Origin: a virus
DNA length: 64,000 bases
Reading direction: 5' to 3' (one strand)
Virus record (IMG/VR): IMGVR_UViG_3300038366_000033
Coordinates: 14,378 to 78,377 of that record
This document shows, one piece after another, positions 1-8,758 of this stretch (position 1 is its first letter; each line of letters opens with the position of its first letter). The position numbers and the translations under genes are program-made. The notes under the pieces are model-generated. The model did no database searches. It worked only from the letters and a program-made list of their open reading frames with translations, and had not been told where the DNA came from.

Positions 1-48
1 CCGGAGAGTCTGAATGTCCACACTGTGAGACCACCCAGCAGGTGACAG

Positions 49-168
49 ATGATGAGTAAGAGATGTTGTGGCGACACAGACATCTTCCAAGACATAGACG
101 GACAGATAAGATGTTCGTCATGCGAAAACATCATCTATGACTATGTATCAACAGGTGATATAGAATGA
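49..168 (+). CDS. Cys-rich microprotein (39 aa, not in ORF track)
   Basis: MMSKRCCGDTDIFQDIDGQIRCSSCENII...; ATGA overlap with ORF 165; GGTGA upstream. Confidence 0.6.
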   Translation: MMSKRCCGDTDIFQDIDGQIRCSSCENIIYDYVSTGDIE

Positions 169-563
169 AGATGGTCGATTCTCACAAACTTACCTGCGAG
201 TGTGGAGAGGAAATCGAGAACATAGACGAAGCCAAGGAACACTTCCAGTCCCGACCCGACGAGATGAGAATGAACGAACACCTAGACGGTTACAACTTCC
301 ATGGGTTCGAGTTTGTCGGGTTCGATGCCCACACTCACAGTGCCCGATGGTCGCATCAGGACCTCGATTTATGGTTCTACGCGACACCTGCCTCATGGTT
401 CATGCCGGACGAGGAAGGTTATGTGCAGTTCCAGGTTGAGGGCGGCGGAGCCTTCAGGGAGCTTCAGGGGCAGGTCGTCCACAAGGCTTTCTTCGAGGAG
501 ACCCTGAGCTTTCAGGAATACAGGGAAATGGTAAAACACTTCATAGAGGATCACTTCCTATGA
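165..563 (+). CDS. hypothetical protein, N-terminal CxCG/His zinc-finger-like
   Basis: acidic ORF, GGTGA RBS, ATGA coupling. Confidence 0.7.
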   Translation: MKMVDSHKLTCECGEEIENIDEAKEHFQSRPDEMRMNEHLDGYNFHGFEFVGFDAHTHSARWSHQDLDLWFYATPASWFMPDEEGYVQFQVEGGGAFRELQGQVVHKAFFEETLSFQEYREMVKHFIEDHFL

Positions 564-742
564 AGGAGACCTACGAGGTTATGCTGTATGAGGACCCCGA
601 TACCTACATACACTATGCCGACACCCGGGATAATGTCCCGAGATACGTGGAAGAACACGCCGAAAACGTGGAAAAGGCAGATCTGAGCTATCTGGAAGAC
701 AACTTTGTTACCGGCGACATCAGCCGTCTACTTGAGGAGTAA
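560..742 (+). CDS. hypothetical protein
   Basis: acidic, translationally coupled. Confidence 0.6.
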   Translation: MKETYEVMLYEDPDTYIHYADTRDNVPRYVEEHAENVEKADLSYLEDNFVTGDISRLLEE

Positions 743-764
743 CTCTCCTCGGCGGCTATTTCCT

Positions 765-1001
765 ATGACATATCCTATTACCGAGAGTATGTACGAGTTA
801 CTTGAAATCTTCGAAAACAACAACCAAAACCTATCAGAGATCGCGGAAGAACACGACATGGACTACTCGACTCTCTCACGCACAAAAGACCTTATGAAGG
901 ACAGAGGCTGGATCAACGAGGATCCTACGTACAATTACTCTGTATACTTCAACAACGAGAGAGGTCAGAAAGTCCTGAAACTGTTGAGGGAGATGCCATG
1001 A
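765..1001 (+). CDS. winged-HTH transcription regulator (MarR-like)
   Basis: NLSEIAEEHDMDYSTLSRTKDLMKDRGWI...NERGQKVL; start moved to ATG 765. Confidence 0.75.
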   Translation: MTYPITESMYELLEIFENNNQNLSEIAEEHDMDYSTLSRTKDLMKDRGWINEDPTYNYSVYFNNERGQKVLKLLREMP

Positions 1002-1594
1002 CCCAGACGTTCATGAAGACCCTCAACAACATATCCAAGGCCCTCTGGGAGAAGAGTGACGACGGCGAAATATCCGAACAGGAGATCAAAAAGACCATCA
1101 AGGTCGAGGCAGGATATACGGTCGTCGATAAGTACTGGGACGAGCTTCACGATTTCAACAGAGTCGAACAGGTCCCGGAGACCCAGACGTGGATAGTCTC
1201 GAAACCCGAGAAAGTTGGTATAGAAAAGACCAATACGGACGTCGAGAAGAGATCGAAGAAAGTCCTAGTGCCGGAAGATGTTTTACAGGCAGCGAAACAG
1301 TACGGCGTCGATTTCTCGAAAGTCTTTACGGAGGCACTGATCGAGGAAGTTTCCGACGTCAAGTCCTTTCTCGAAACCTACATGGGCGGAAAGTACAACG
1401 ACACTGAGTCAAAGTACATCTTCGAGCTATTCAAGAAGGGTCTCGATACCCATGAAGGCAGAGATACAGAGAGAGCCAGGAGAGATAAGAGACGCAGAGA
1501 GCTCTACAAGGACATCTTCGAGACCAGTAAAGCCGATAGAGAACACATAGGCGAACTCAGGAAGAAGGCGGCAGAGCTTGGCCAAATACTATAA
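998..1594 (+). CDS. protein with internal CcdA/RHH-like segment
   Basis: KKVLVPEDVLQAAKQYGVDFSKVFTEALIEEV resembles the CcdA-type ribbon-helix-helix pattern. Confidence 0.55.
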   Translation: MTQTFMKTLNNISKALWEKSDDGEISEQEIKKTIKVEAGYTVVDKYWDELHDFNRVEQVPETQTWIVSKPEKVGIEKTNTDVEKRSKKVLVPEDVLQAAKQYGVDFSKVFTEALIEEVSDVKSFLETYMGGKYNDTESKYIFELFKKGLDTHEGRDTERARRDKRRRELYKDIFETSKADREHIGELRKKAAELGQIL

Positions 1595-1618
1595 AAGACT
1601 TTGGTGATAGTAACAAGT

Positions 1619-2833
1619 ATGGGACTCGACACGAACAAGGGGTTGTTAAAACACAACGCCGAGCAGTACGCGAAGAAGCGCAACGTAGACCCAGCTCTCA
1701 TTGACTTCGAAAGCATTATTGACACAGAACTTTCTGACGGTGAGAACTGGAGAAAAATCGACAACCAAGTAAAAAAACACATGGACCCAGATGCAAAGCT
1801 GGATGAGGAAACACCTCACAAGGACGAGATCGCTGCCAAGGAGAGAGAGATTCAGGAAAAATACATAGAGGAAATAGAGAAAGATAAGAAGCTCGATCTC
1901 CACAAACAGTTCAAGGACGATATGCACGAGGAGGTACAGTCCTTTTACAGTATGTTCAACTACTACCTCAAGTCCATATGCCGCGGACATCATACTTCAT
2001 TCATGGTCAACGCGGATCCTGGAATCGGTAAGTCGTATCAAACCACACAGACTCTGATCAACGAGGTCGGCGAGGACAAGTTCACCAAGTCCCCTGCCGT
2101 TGCCTCGCCGTTCCAGTTTTACAAACAGCTTTGGGAACTTGAGGAGTCACAACAGGACATTCTGGTCCTTGACGACATCGAAGGTCTGCTTCGAAGTAAG
2201 AAGGCACTCGCCATTCTGAAACAGGCGACGTGGACAGAGACCGAGGACAGATTTGTCGGTTGGAACTCTTCTCCCTCGAAGCTTCAGACCAAAAACGGGA
2301 AGGACATACCGAAGGAGTTCAAGTTCACTGGCAAACTTATCATGATATTCAACGAAGTGCCAGAGGACGACATCATCTTCGAGTCACTGCGAGATCGATG
2401 CTTCTACTATGAGCTCTCCTTTGACTATGAACAGAAGTGTCAACTTCTACGGGCTCTCGCCGACAAGGGTATGGGTTACGATGTCGATCAGGCCGATCGC
2501 GAGGAGATTGCATCGTGGCTCATCGATGTCTCGAACCCGGCGACGTCGGATCTGAACTTACGTACGTTCGAACTTGCACTCAAACACTTCAAGGGTGCGC
2601 GTGACATTCAGGACATCGATGTTACGTGGCGTGACGTCATACGTACAAACATGGACATCGACAGAAAGCTCGAAGCGGCACGTGAGGTCATCAAGGATCC
2701 TTCACTCACATCTCCTGGAGAGAGACAGGACGAGTTCAAGTCCATGACAGGACTCTCCAAGAGAACTTACAGGAACGCACGTGAAGAGCTACGTGAAAAC
2801 TCACAGGAGATCAGGGAGATTCTGGACCAGTGA
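1619..2833 (+). CDS. AAA+ ATPase of a widespread phage family
   Basis: Walker A ADPGIGKS, Walker B ILVLDD, IPKEFKFTGKLIMIFN, SLRDRC Arg finger; start moved to ATG 1619. Confidence 0.85.
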   Translation: MGLDTNKGLLKHNAEQYAKKRNVDPALIDFESIIDTELSDGENWRKIDNQVKKHMDPDAKLDEETPHKDEIAAKEREIQEKYIEEIEKDKKLDLHKQFKDDMHEEVQSFYSMFNYYLKSICRGHHTSFMVNADPGIGKSYQTTQTLINEVGEDKFTKSPAVASPFQFYKQLWELEESQQDILVLDDIEGLLRSKKALAILKQATWTETEDRFVGWNSSPSKLQTKNGKDIPKEFKFTGKLIMIFNEVPEDDIIFESLRDRCFYYELSFDYEQKCQLLRALADKGMGYDVDQADREEIASWLIDVSNPATSDLNLRTFELALKHFKGARDIQDIDVTWRDVIRTNMDIDRKLEAAREVIKDPSLTSPGERQDEFKSMTGLSKRTYRNAREELRENSQEIREILDQ

Positions 2834-2874
2834 GTTGGAAAACTGGAAACAGTATATGGAACACGCGTTCATCA

Positions 2875-2916
2875 AGCAGTACTGGTCGCTCGGGGGTTCG
2901 ACTCCTCCGGCTGCTA
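2875..2916 (+). ncRNA. tRNA-like minihelix (acceptor + T arm, no D or anticodon arm)
   Basis: AGCAGT pairs with GCTGCT+A; GGGGG-TTCGACT-CCTCC T arm; GAAACAGTATAT promoter-like element at 2846-2857. Confidence 0.55.
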
Positions 2917-2972
2917 TCTATGGTAACAACTACCATGCATACCATACAACTTTACGGCGAGGTAAAATCACA

Positions 2973-3338
2973 ATGATGGATCAACCATTTTACATGGTCG
3001 AGGTATCAAGATCGGACGCGGAAAAGATGCAGACGTACATGTTCGAAAACAACCTTCAGCATTACTTCGACATGGACGAGAGAAGAGTCGAGAAGGTCGA
3101 GAGAGTACCACTGGAAAAGATCAACCACTTCACAGAGGAACACGTACAGGAACTCTTCAGAAGCCTAGAACAGGAATACGACTTCAGCTTCGAGAAGGAC
3201 CACTCGGACATGAAGAAATCTGTCCAAGAGATGAGAGAGGCTATCAGAGATGCTCTGGTAAGTGAGCTCATCCAGAAGGGAGATAAGGACGACACGTTCT
3301 CAGAGGCTCTTTTGAGAGGTGTAGAAGATGCCGGTTAA
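2973..3338 (+). CDS. hypothetical protein
   Basis: acidic portion of ORF 2781 from ATG 2973, GAGGT RBS. Confidence 0.7.
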   Translation: MMDQPFYMVEVSRSDAEKMQTYMFENNLQHYFDMDERRVEKVERVPLEKINHFTEEHVQELFRSLEQEYDFSFEKDHSDMKKSVQEMREAIRDALVSELIQKGDKDDTFSEALLRGVEDAG

Positions 3339-3501
3339 AGAGGTAACAGTCGAGGATCCTGGAGACGGATATATCAAACACGAACTCGGCGACGCCAAAG
3401 TCGAGGTAATTTACCGGGCGGACGACGAACTAGAGGTGGTCTTTACAAACGGCGACCGCTATGTGTACCCGATTTCAAGAGTGGTGTACTACGTAAAATG
3501 A
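3328..3501 (+). CDS. 57-aa protein, KTSC-like motif (not in ORF track)
   Basis: MPVKEVTVEDPGDGYIKHELGDAKVEVIYRADDELEVVFTNGDRYVYPISRVVYYVK; coupled on both sides. Confidence 0.6.
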   Translation: MPVKEVTVEDPGDGYIKHELGDAKVEVIYRADDELEVVFTNGDRYVYPISRVVYYVK

Positions 3502-3959
3502 AAAGGAGAGTGAGAGTAAAAACAGGGGTGTCGATGCTTTCAGTCGCCTTACTTGTTGTTATCTCATTCGTACTGGGACAGGCGACATCGAACCCCGAGC
3601 TCACATTGAATCAGGCCGAGACCCCAGCATGGGAGTACATGCACGTCAACTACACGGGGAGCTTTCACTCTGGCGGATACCACTTTCACTTCAGACAGCA
3701 AGGCGAGGGCATGTTAAGAAACAACTCTGTGGGGATTACAAGAGCCAAGGACCCCAGAAATGACATATACATCAGGACAGATAGGTCCGGCAAAGCGATC
3801 ATCAGGACGTGCCGACACGAGGTCCTGCACCACTACTTCCCGAACTACAAGCACCAAGATGATGTCAGCAGGTGGGACGACCCTATCTATATGTTAGAGG
3901 ACAACGTCGAGTTCGCCACCTGTAAGTACATGATGCAGAAGATTCAGAGACTATCCTAG
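3498..3959 (+). CDS. membrane-anchored zincin-like metallopeptidase domain protein
   Basis: N-terminal hydrophobic helix; HEVLH (HExxH) after IYI strand. Confidence 0.55.
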   Translation: MKRRVRVKTGVSMLSVALLVVISFVLGQATSNPELTLNQAETPAWEYMHVNYTGSFHSGGYHFHFRQQGEGMLRNNSVGITRAKDPRNDIYIRTDRSGKAIIRTCRHEVLHHYFPNYKHQDDVSRWDDPIYMLEDNVEFATCKYMMQKIQRLS

Positions 3960-4219
3960 GCCGGGACAAAATACCGGCCCTCTCCACATTCTGGACACTC
4001 GAAGTGGAATAGCTCCTTACCTCTTTCGATATCGTCATCTAGGTGACGATCACCTGTTTTCTTATATACTTCTAGTACCTCTTCGATTCCCTTCCAGATA
4101 CGTCTTCCCTTGATCGTGATATCGCACTTGTTTGGTCCGGTCGGTTTCATCTCCTCGGAGGTTCTCGCTTTGAACTTGGCCTTGATCTTCTCGGTCTTCT
4201 CGTCGAAGTCCATATACAC
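3956..4219 (-). CDS. CPxCG zinc-ribbon protein
   Basis: FHFECPECGE. Confidence 0.65.
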   Translation of the reverse strand: MYMDFDEKTEKIKAKFKARTSEEMKPTGPNKCDITIKGRRIWKGIEEVLEVYKKTGDRHLDDDIERGKELFHFECPECGEGRYFVPA

Positions 4220-4234
4220 ATATTAGAGACCCAG

Positions 4235-4396
4235 ACACATAAAGGTATTTAAAGCGGGAACTTTGGGCTTGTGTGTGTGTCTCACCGAATGAGTGTTCAA
4301 TTCCAGAAGTTTCCACATGAAACCAAGGTAAACACAAAAAGGTATTTAAGGTGGGAAAGTTGCCGCCGTGTGTGTGTCTCACCGAATGAGTGTTCA
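4235..4396. repeat. imperfect tandem repeat, 97-bp period, perfect 29-bp core
   Basis: GTGTGTGTGTCTCACCGAATGAGTGTTCA at 4271-4299 and 4368-4396, each preceded by AAAGGTATTTAA. Confidence 0.95.
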
Positions 4397-4502
4397 GATT
4401 CAACCTGCATTTAAAAGGGCCCATCTTACAGAATCTGTAAACGTTTCTGAACAGTTTTCCACATAACCTTTTTGAATGACTTTTACATGACAACAGCTTA
4501 CA

Positions 4503-5258
4503 ATGGCATTAGACAGAGATAAGTTGAAGAAAGCCGGCAAAGCTGCCGGTCTCGGTGTCGTCGGAGCCGGAGTTGGGGCACTAGGATCCCAGCAGGTAGA
4601 CGACGCACCATCAAAGGAGAAAGTACAAAACCTACAAGATCAGAAAGCTGACCTAGAGGAAAAGGTCGCCAATCTGGAAGAGAGACCTACCCAGGAGGAC
4701 CTAGACAATAGAGTCGCGGACCTCAAGGAAGATACGGTAGCTCAGAAGGAGTATCTAGAGCTCAAAAACAAGTACGAACAGGCATACACTCAGGAAGAGG
4801 TAGACGCGCTAGTCGCAGACGCCGAAGAGAGAGAAGGACTTGTTGGCTACCTACCAGTACTGGTAGACGAGGAAGTCGAGCTCAGGAACGGCGATGTCGA
4901 GGCCAAACATGACGTACAGGCAACAGACGGCAACCTAGAACACCATGTGGTCGCAGATGACGCTGACTTTGACGAGTCAGATCTCGACAACGAGGAATAC
5001 GACCAGATCAGAGCCGTTTACAGACACGACGACGGTCATCAGTATGAAGTACTTGTCAGAGCCTTCGAGGACGGAGACGACGCAGACGAGTACGAGGGAG
5101 AGCTCAGACAGGCAGTAGAGTTCGCAGACTACGACGACCAGATAGATGCAGACGCAGACGTCATAAGATCGGGCGATACAGTACTGTACCTTAAGGGCGA
5201 GGCAGACGTAGACGACTACGACACTTACAGGTACGACAAACTTGTAGGCCAGTATTAA
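4503..5258 (+). CDS. N-terminally anchored, coiled-coil, very acidic surface protein
   Basis: basic N-terminus + AAGLGVVGAGVGALG, heptad region, D/E-rich C-domain. Confidence 0.75.
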   Translation: MALDRDKLKKAGKAAGLGVVGAGVGALGSQQVDDAPSKEKVQNLQDQKADLEEKVANLEERPTQEDLDNRVADLKEDTVAQKEYLELKNKYEQAYTQEEVDALVADAEEREGLVGYLPVLVDEEVELRNGDVEAKHDVQATDGNLEHHVVADDADFDESDLDNEEYDQIRAVYRHDDGHQYEVLVRAFEDGDDADEYEGELRQAVEFADYDDQIDADADVIRSGDTVLYLKGEADVDDYDTYRYDKLVGQY

Positions 5259-5280
5259 TCTGGCCCCCTTTCTATTTATC
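5247..5280 (+). terminator. hairpin + pyrimidine tract
   Basis: GGCCAG-TATTAAT-CTGGCC then CCCTTTCTATTT. Confidence 0.5.
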
Positions 5281-5318
5281 AAAACTTACTTAAAGTTGCG
5301 AGAGCTCATTGAACCATA

Positions 5319-5501
5319 ATGCCAAAGTGGGAAGACGACAAGCAACAGCTTATTGACAACATACTCGACGAACTAAACCTCCTATCCTCTGAGACTGAAA
5401 AACTCATGCTCATTTACGAGGTCATGATGTCACTCGACAAGGAGAAAATGCCAAAGATGATGAGGTCGGCACTTGACTGGCCGGACGATGATGTCATATG
5501 A
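5319..5501 (+). CDS. hypothetical protein (leaderless)
   Basis: AAAACTTACTTAAA promoter-like element upstream. Confidence 0.65.
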   Translation: MPKWEDDKQQLIDNILDELNLLSSETEKLMLIYEVMMSLDKEKMPKMMRSALDWPDDDVI

Positions 5502-5686
5502 AGTATTCTCTATGTGCGAATTGCGGCCTCAGGATCGATTACACCCAGATGCGGTGTGCGATGCACAAAAACAAAGACAGAAAAACCTCAGCAGTGAAGA
5601 TAGATATACCATGAACTGCGACCATGAAACATACACAGACAGGTGCAAATCATGCTTCATAAGATATCTGATGAACTTTGTGAGAG

Positions 5687-5893
5687 TTGGAGATGACTGA
5701 ACTAAGATGTAAGGACTGCGGCGACAGAACAGAACACCTCATCTACAAACAGAACCTGTACAAATACAAGGGCGAGAGAGTCAGATCCTGTAAGAAATGC
5801 GGCAAACTCCGGACGGAAAACAACGAATATGTATCGGAGAGAGAAATGATACACCTGCCGTCACAGAAAAAAGTTAAAAACATCGAGGACTAG
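5687..5893 (+). CDS. zinc-ribbon protein
   Basis: CKDCG...CKKCG; start may be ATG 5693. Confidence 0.7.
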   Translation: MEMTELRCKDCGDRTEHLIYKQNLYKYKGERVRSCKKCGKLRTENNEYVSEREMIHLPSQKKVKNIED

Positions 5894-5901
5894 AATAGCA
5901 T

Positions 5902-6147
5902 ATGCCCTACGACGAAGAGGACGAATACGTAGTCGACTTCAACGACCTTGAATCCGTGTTCGAGGACCTCCGCAGGTACGACGAAGAGGATGATGAGACA
6001 AACTATGGCGCTGTCCAGGCTTCACTGTACGTAGCACTGGAAGATCATATGTATACAGGCGGCGCTGATGCCCTGAACGTTGCCAGACACCTAGAACGCG
6101 GAGAGATAGACGAGGCACAGGAACTGACTGAAGAGATGCTTGAATAA
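5902..6147 (+). CDS. hypothetical acidic protein
   Basis: composition and position. Confidence 0.7.
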   Translation: MPYDEEDEYVVDFNDLESVFEDLRRYDEEDDETNYGAVQASLYVALEDHMYTGGADALNVARHLERGEIDEAQELTEEMLE

Positions 6148-6318
6148 TCAGTGCCCGTGTTCCTCAACCATCTCCTCTATTAAATCCGACATTTCTTCGT
6201 AGAGTTCTTCGCCTATCGGGTTGTCGCTAGAAACCCGTACCGAAACCCTGTTCCCGGCTACGTCTGTTGAGTGTGTCTGAACCTTGCCATTGTAGTCGTC
6301 AAACTTGCCCTCGCTCAT
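6148..6318 (-). CDS. hypothetical protein
   Basis: acidic part of ORF 6148-6420 from MSEGKF. Confidence 0.55.
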   Translation of the reverse strand: MSEGKFDDYNGKVQTHSTDVAGNRVSVRVSSDNPIGEELYEEMSDLIEEMVEEHGH

Positions 6319-6504
6319 GTCTCGGAAATAGACCTGAAACTTTTTATCTCTCACGCCAAGCTTTATTTGGCAGCGTAACAAAGCACATATCATAAAGATG
6401 ACAGAGTTCTGGCGTATCAAGGAATCAGCACCGCCCTACGAATACCCACTTGAATGGGTCAACGAAAGAAAAAAGACCAGCGCTGTGCTGGAAAAGTGGC
6501 GAGA

Positions 6505-6888
6505 ATGAGTACACGATCAAAGGGAAATGCCAGAGAACGGCAATGTGTACAGACTCTCGAAGAGGCAGGCTGGCATGTCCACAAAAAAGTCAACAACACC
6601 TACGACTCGGGCGACATGTTCGAGCTCTTTGACTGCGTCTCTCTCCGCAAAGGGTATGCTCCAATATTCATCCAAGTCAAATCGAACCGTACTGACGGAG
6701 CTTTGAAAGCTATCTCAGAGGCCGAGTTTGTAGACCCGGCACAGATCACACCAGAGGTATGGGTCTTCCATGACAGAGAAGGCTGGCGCGTCAAACGACT
6801 TACGGAAGATGGCTGGGAAACGATAGTGGACGAAAGAGACAATGGCATGAACACGACCGAAGAAACTATAAAGCTTTATTCTGAATAG
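6505..6888 (+). CDS. hjc: Holliday junction resolvase, archaeal Hjc-like
   Basis: SKGNARERQCVQTLEEAGW...FD...FIQVKS; start 6505 coupled by ATGA to a 36-aa ORF at 6398-6508. Confidence 0.8.
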   Translation: MSTRSKGNARERQCVQTLEEAGWHVHKKVNNTYDSGDMFELFDCVSLRKGYAPIFIQVKSNRTDGALKAISEAEFVDPAQITPEVWVFHDREGWRVKRLTEDGWETIVDERDNGMNTTEETIKLYSE

Positions 6889-6895
6889 GTATCAT

Positions 6896-7303
6896 ATGAC
6901 AACCGACAGATTTTCTGTGGACAAGACGTTTACCCACTGTGGATATACGTGTGTCATAGCTACGATCAAGGACGACTACCACTGTGGATATATCGCGATC
7001 CCTGACGAACACAATATGGCCGGAAAAGATTATACGGAGATCGACGTGACCGTACACGGCGGACTCACCTTCGGACCGCAAAACGACCTTCACGGCATGG
7101 GCGAGGACGATGATACAGTCTGGTACGGCTTCGACTGTGCACACGCCGGAGATCATACGAGATCGATGCCTGGCGGCACAAACTGGCAGTCAGAAGACGT
7201 CAGGGAAGAGCTTCTCAATCTGGCCGAACAGTTCAGGGACCTAGACACCTCGGAGACAAAAAGTATTTATAGCCTGATGCAGGGATTCTTACCATGGAAC
7301 TAG
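6896..7303 (+). CDS. conserved phage hypothetical protein
   Basis: CGYIAIP..H, VHGGLTF and WYGFDCAHAGD motifs. Confidence 0.75.
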   Translation: MTTDRFSVDKTFTHCGYTCVIATIKDDYHCGYIAIPDEHNMAGKDYTEIDVTVHGGLTFGPQNDLHGMGEDDDTVWYGFDCAHAGDHTRSMPGGTNWQSEDVREELLNLAEQFRDLDTSETKSIYSLMQGFLPWN

Positions 7304-7461
7304 ATAGATACGAGACCCACCGGTACATCAGAACACGCATACAGAAATGCTCTGACGAAGACCACGTCCAGCAAGTCGCTTACTCTGCCTACGAGGACGG
7401 TCTGACACAGACCTGTTTCACGTGTGACAAGGTCAGGACAACAATAGGTATGGAAGTATGA
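7294..7461 (+). CDS. 55-aa Cys/His microprotein (not in ORF track)
   Basis: AAAAAGTATTTATA promoter upstream; C..H...CFTC. Confidence 0.55.
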   Translation: MELDRYETHRYIRTRIQKCSDEDHVQQVAYSAYEDGLTQTCFTCDKVRTTIGMEV

Positions 7462-7514
7462 GCTATTTGTAACACAGAAAATATTTTAAAGGCAACTAAA
7501 GTCTTTGTCTTGTT

Positions 7515-7865
7515 ATGAACTCCTCTTTCATGAAAACATTTCTCAACGTCAGAGTAGCTGACACGCCCGAGGAGAGAAAGACGGGACTTCAGGGCAGAGA
7601 GAAACTACCCGACTACGAGGCACTTTTACTTGACTTTGATCAACCCGGCAACCACAAGATATGGATGAAAGATACACATGTCCCTCTCGACATAGTTTTC
7701 ATGGACGAAGATGCCAACGTCACAGACATCAAACACGGCGAACCACTGGACACCACCAAACTGTCCGCAGATGATAACGTCTCTTACGTCCTAGAGCTCA
7801 AACGCGGGAAGGCAGAGGACTTCGGTATTGAACCCGGAAACTCTATGGAGGATATAGTACTATGA
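7515..7865 (+). CDS. DUF192-family protein
   Basis: VADTPEERKTGL, IWMKDTHVPLDIVF, YVLEL. Confidence 0.85.
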   Translation: MNSSFMKTFLNVRVADTPEERKTGLQGREKLPDYEALLLDFDQPGNHKIWMKDTHVPLDIVFMDEDANVTDIKHGEPLDTTKLSADDNVSYVLELKRGKAEDFGIEPGNSMEDIVL

Positions 7866-8005
7866 CATGTGATTCATGTGTAATCGTCGCCGCCTTACTT
7901 GTTGCAATGATCACGTCCTACTTTCTTGCTATATACAATTATGTTGGACACGAAGACTGTCACCACATTTCCAGTGAAGATGAACAAAAGAGTTTAAAAG
8001 CATAG
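7862..8005 (+). CDS. 47-aa single-TM peptide (not in ORF track)
   Basis: VIVAALLVAMITSYFLAIY; ATGA overlap. Confidence 0.5.
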   Translation: MTCDSCVIVAALLVAMITSYFLAIYNYVGHEDCHHISSEDEQKSLKA

Positions 8006-8021
8006 ACACGTAATTATGTGA

Positions 8022-8156
8022 TAGTGGTCGGTCATGGGTTGTCGACCAAAGGTTGTTGCGATTGCATCGGTTGATTTCGGTACGCGCACCTTTGCGGTAC
8101 CGGATAAAGGGTGCATGTGACCCCTATCGTGGAAGATAAGCGTAGGGGGGCACCCA
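8022..8156 (+). ncRNA. candidate structured ncRNA (four stem-loops)
   Basis: promoter-like AAAAGAGTTTAAAAG at 7986-8000; stems TGGTCG/CGACCA, TTCGGTAC/GTACCGGA, GGGTGC/GCACCC enclosing CCCCTA/TAGGGG. Confidence 0.6.
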
Positions 8157-8201
8157 CATATTATCCAAAGCTTTTTGAACCTGACTACATAATATACGTA
8201 T

Positions 8202-8555
8202 ATGGATAACAGACTTGACCTCCTCTCCGAAACTGTACGGGATTCCGAATACAAAGACTTGTTTCCTGCAACTTCTCCCGAAGACGCCAGATCTGACCGT
8301 GAAAAAGTCAAGGAAGCGATATTTCAGGTACACCACATGATTTACGACGAGAACCTGAGACAACTCGCAGTCTCAAGCGATGCAGGACTGATACCTTTTG
8401 AGGACGTTCTTAACTCGTGTAAAGACATGGACGACCGTGAAAGAGCCCGGACACTGCTGGCTTCAGACATCACAGAGTTAGAGGACGGCACAGAGGTTGT
8501 CATGAGATCGGACCTACTAAACGTACTGAAATCTCAGAAGGAGGCGGTCCGGTAA
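8202..8555 (+). CDS. hypothetical protein
   Basis: leaderless, acidic. Confidence 0.7.
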   Translation: MDNRLDLLSETVRDSEYKDLFPATSPEDARSDREKVKEAIFQVHHMIYDENLRQLAVSSDAGLIPFEDVLNSCKDMDDRERARTLLASDITELEDGTEVVMRSDLLNVLKSQKEAVR

Positions 8556-8758
8556 TGGCACTCTGTGACAGAGACCACTGCAGCGAAGGAGCCACTACAC
8601 GCATACAGAGATCCGACAGAGACAATCTGTACTTATGTGACGAACACAAGTCAAAGCTCGCCGACAAGATAAGAGACAAAGTCGTGGAAAAGTTCGATGA
8701 CCTCTCGGAGGAAGAAATCAAAGACCGGATGCTTGACGGGGGCGCAGACCTGCTGTGA
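8555..8758 (+). CDS. small Zn-binding protein
   Basis: CDRDHC...LCDEH. Confidence 0.65.
   Translation: MALCDRDHCSEGATTRIQRSDRDNLYLCDEHKSKLADKIRDKVVEKFDDLSEEEIKDRMLDGGADLL

Noticed and set aside
2875-2916. Complete tRNA gene or provirus att site
   Set aside because: No D or anticodon arm can be folded, and no integrase or host genes are in the window.
2781-2972. N-terminal 64 codons of ORF 2781-3338
   Set aside because: Overlaps the ATPase gene, a promoter-like element and the tRNA-like RNA, and is non-acidic; ATG 2973 has an RBS.
4271-4396. Mini CRISPR array
   Set aside because: Only two copies; the 68-nt gap itself contains duplicated promoter-like sequence; no resemblance to haloarchaeal repeats; no cas operon.
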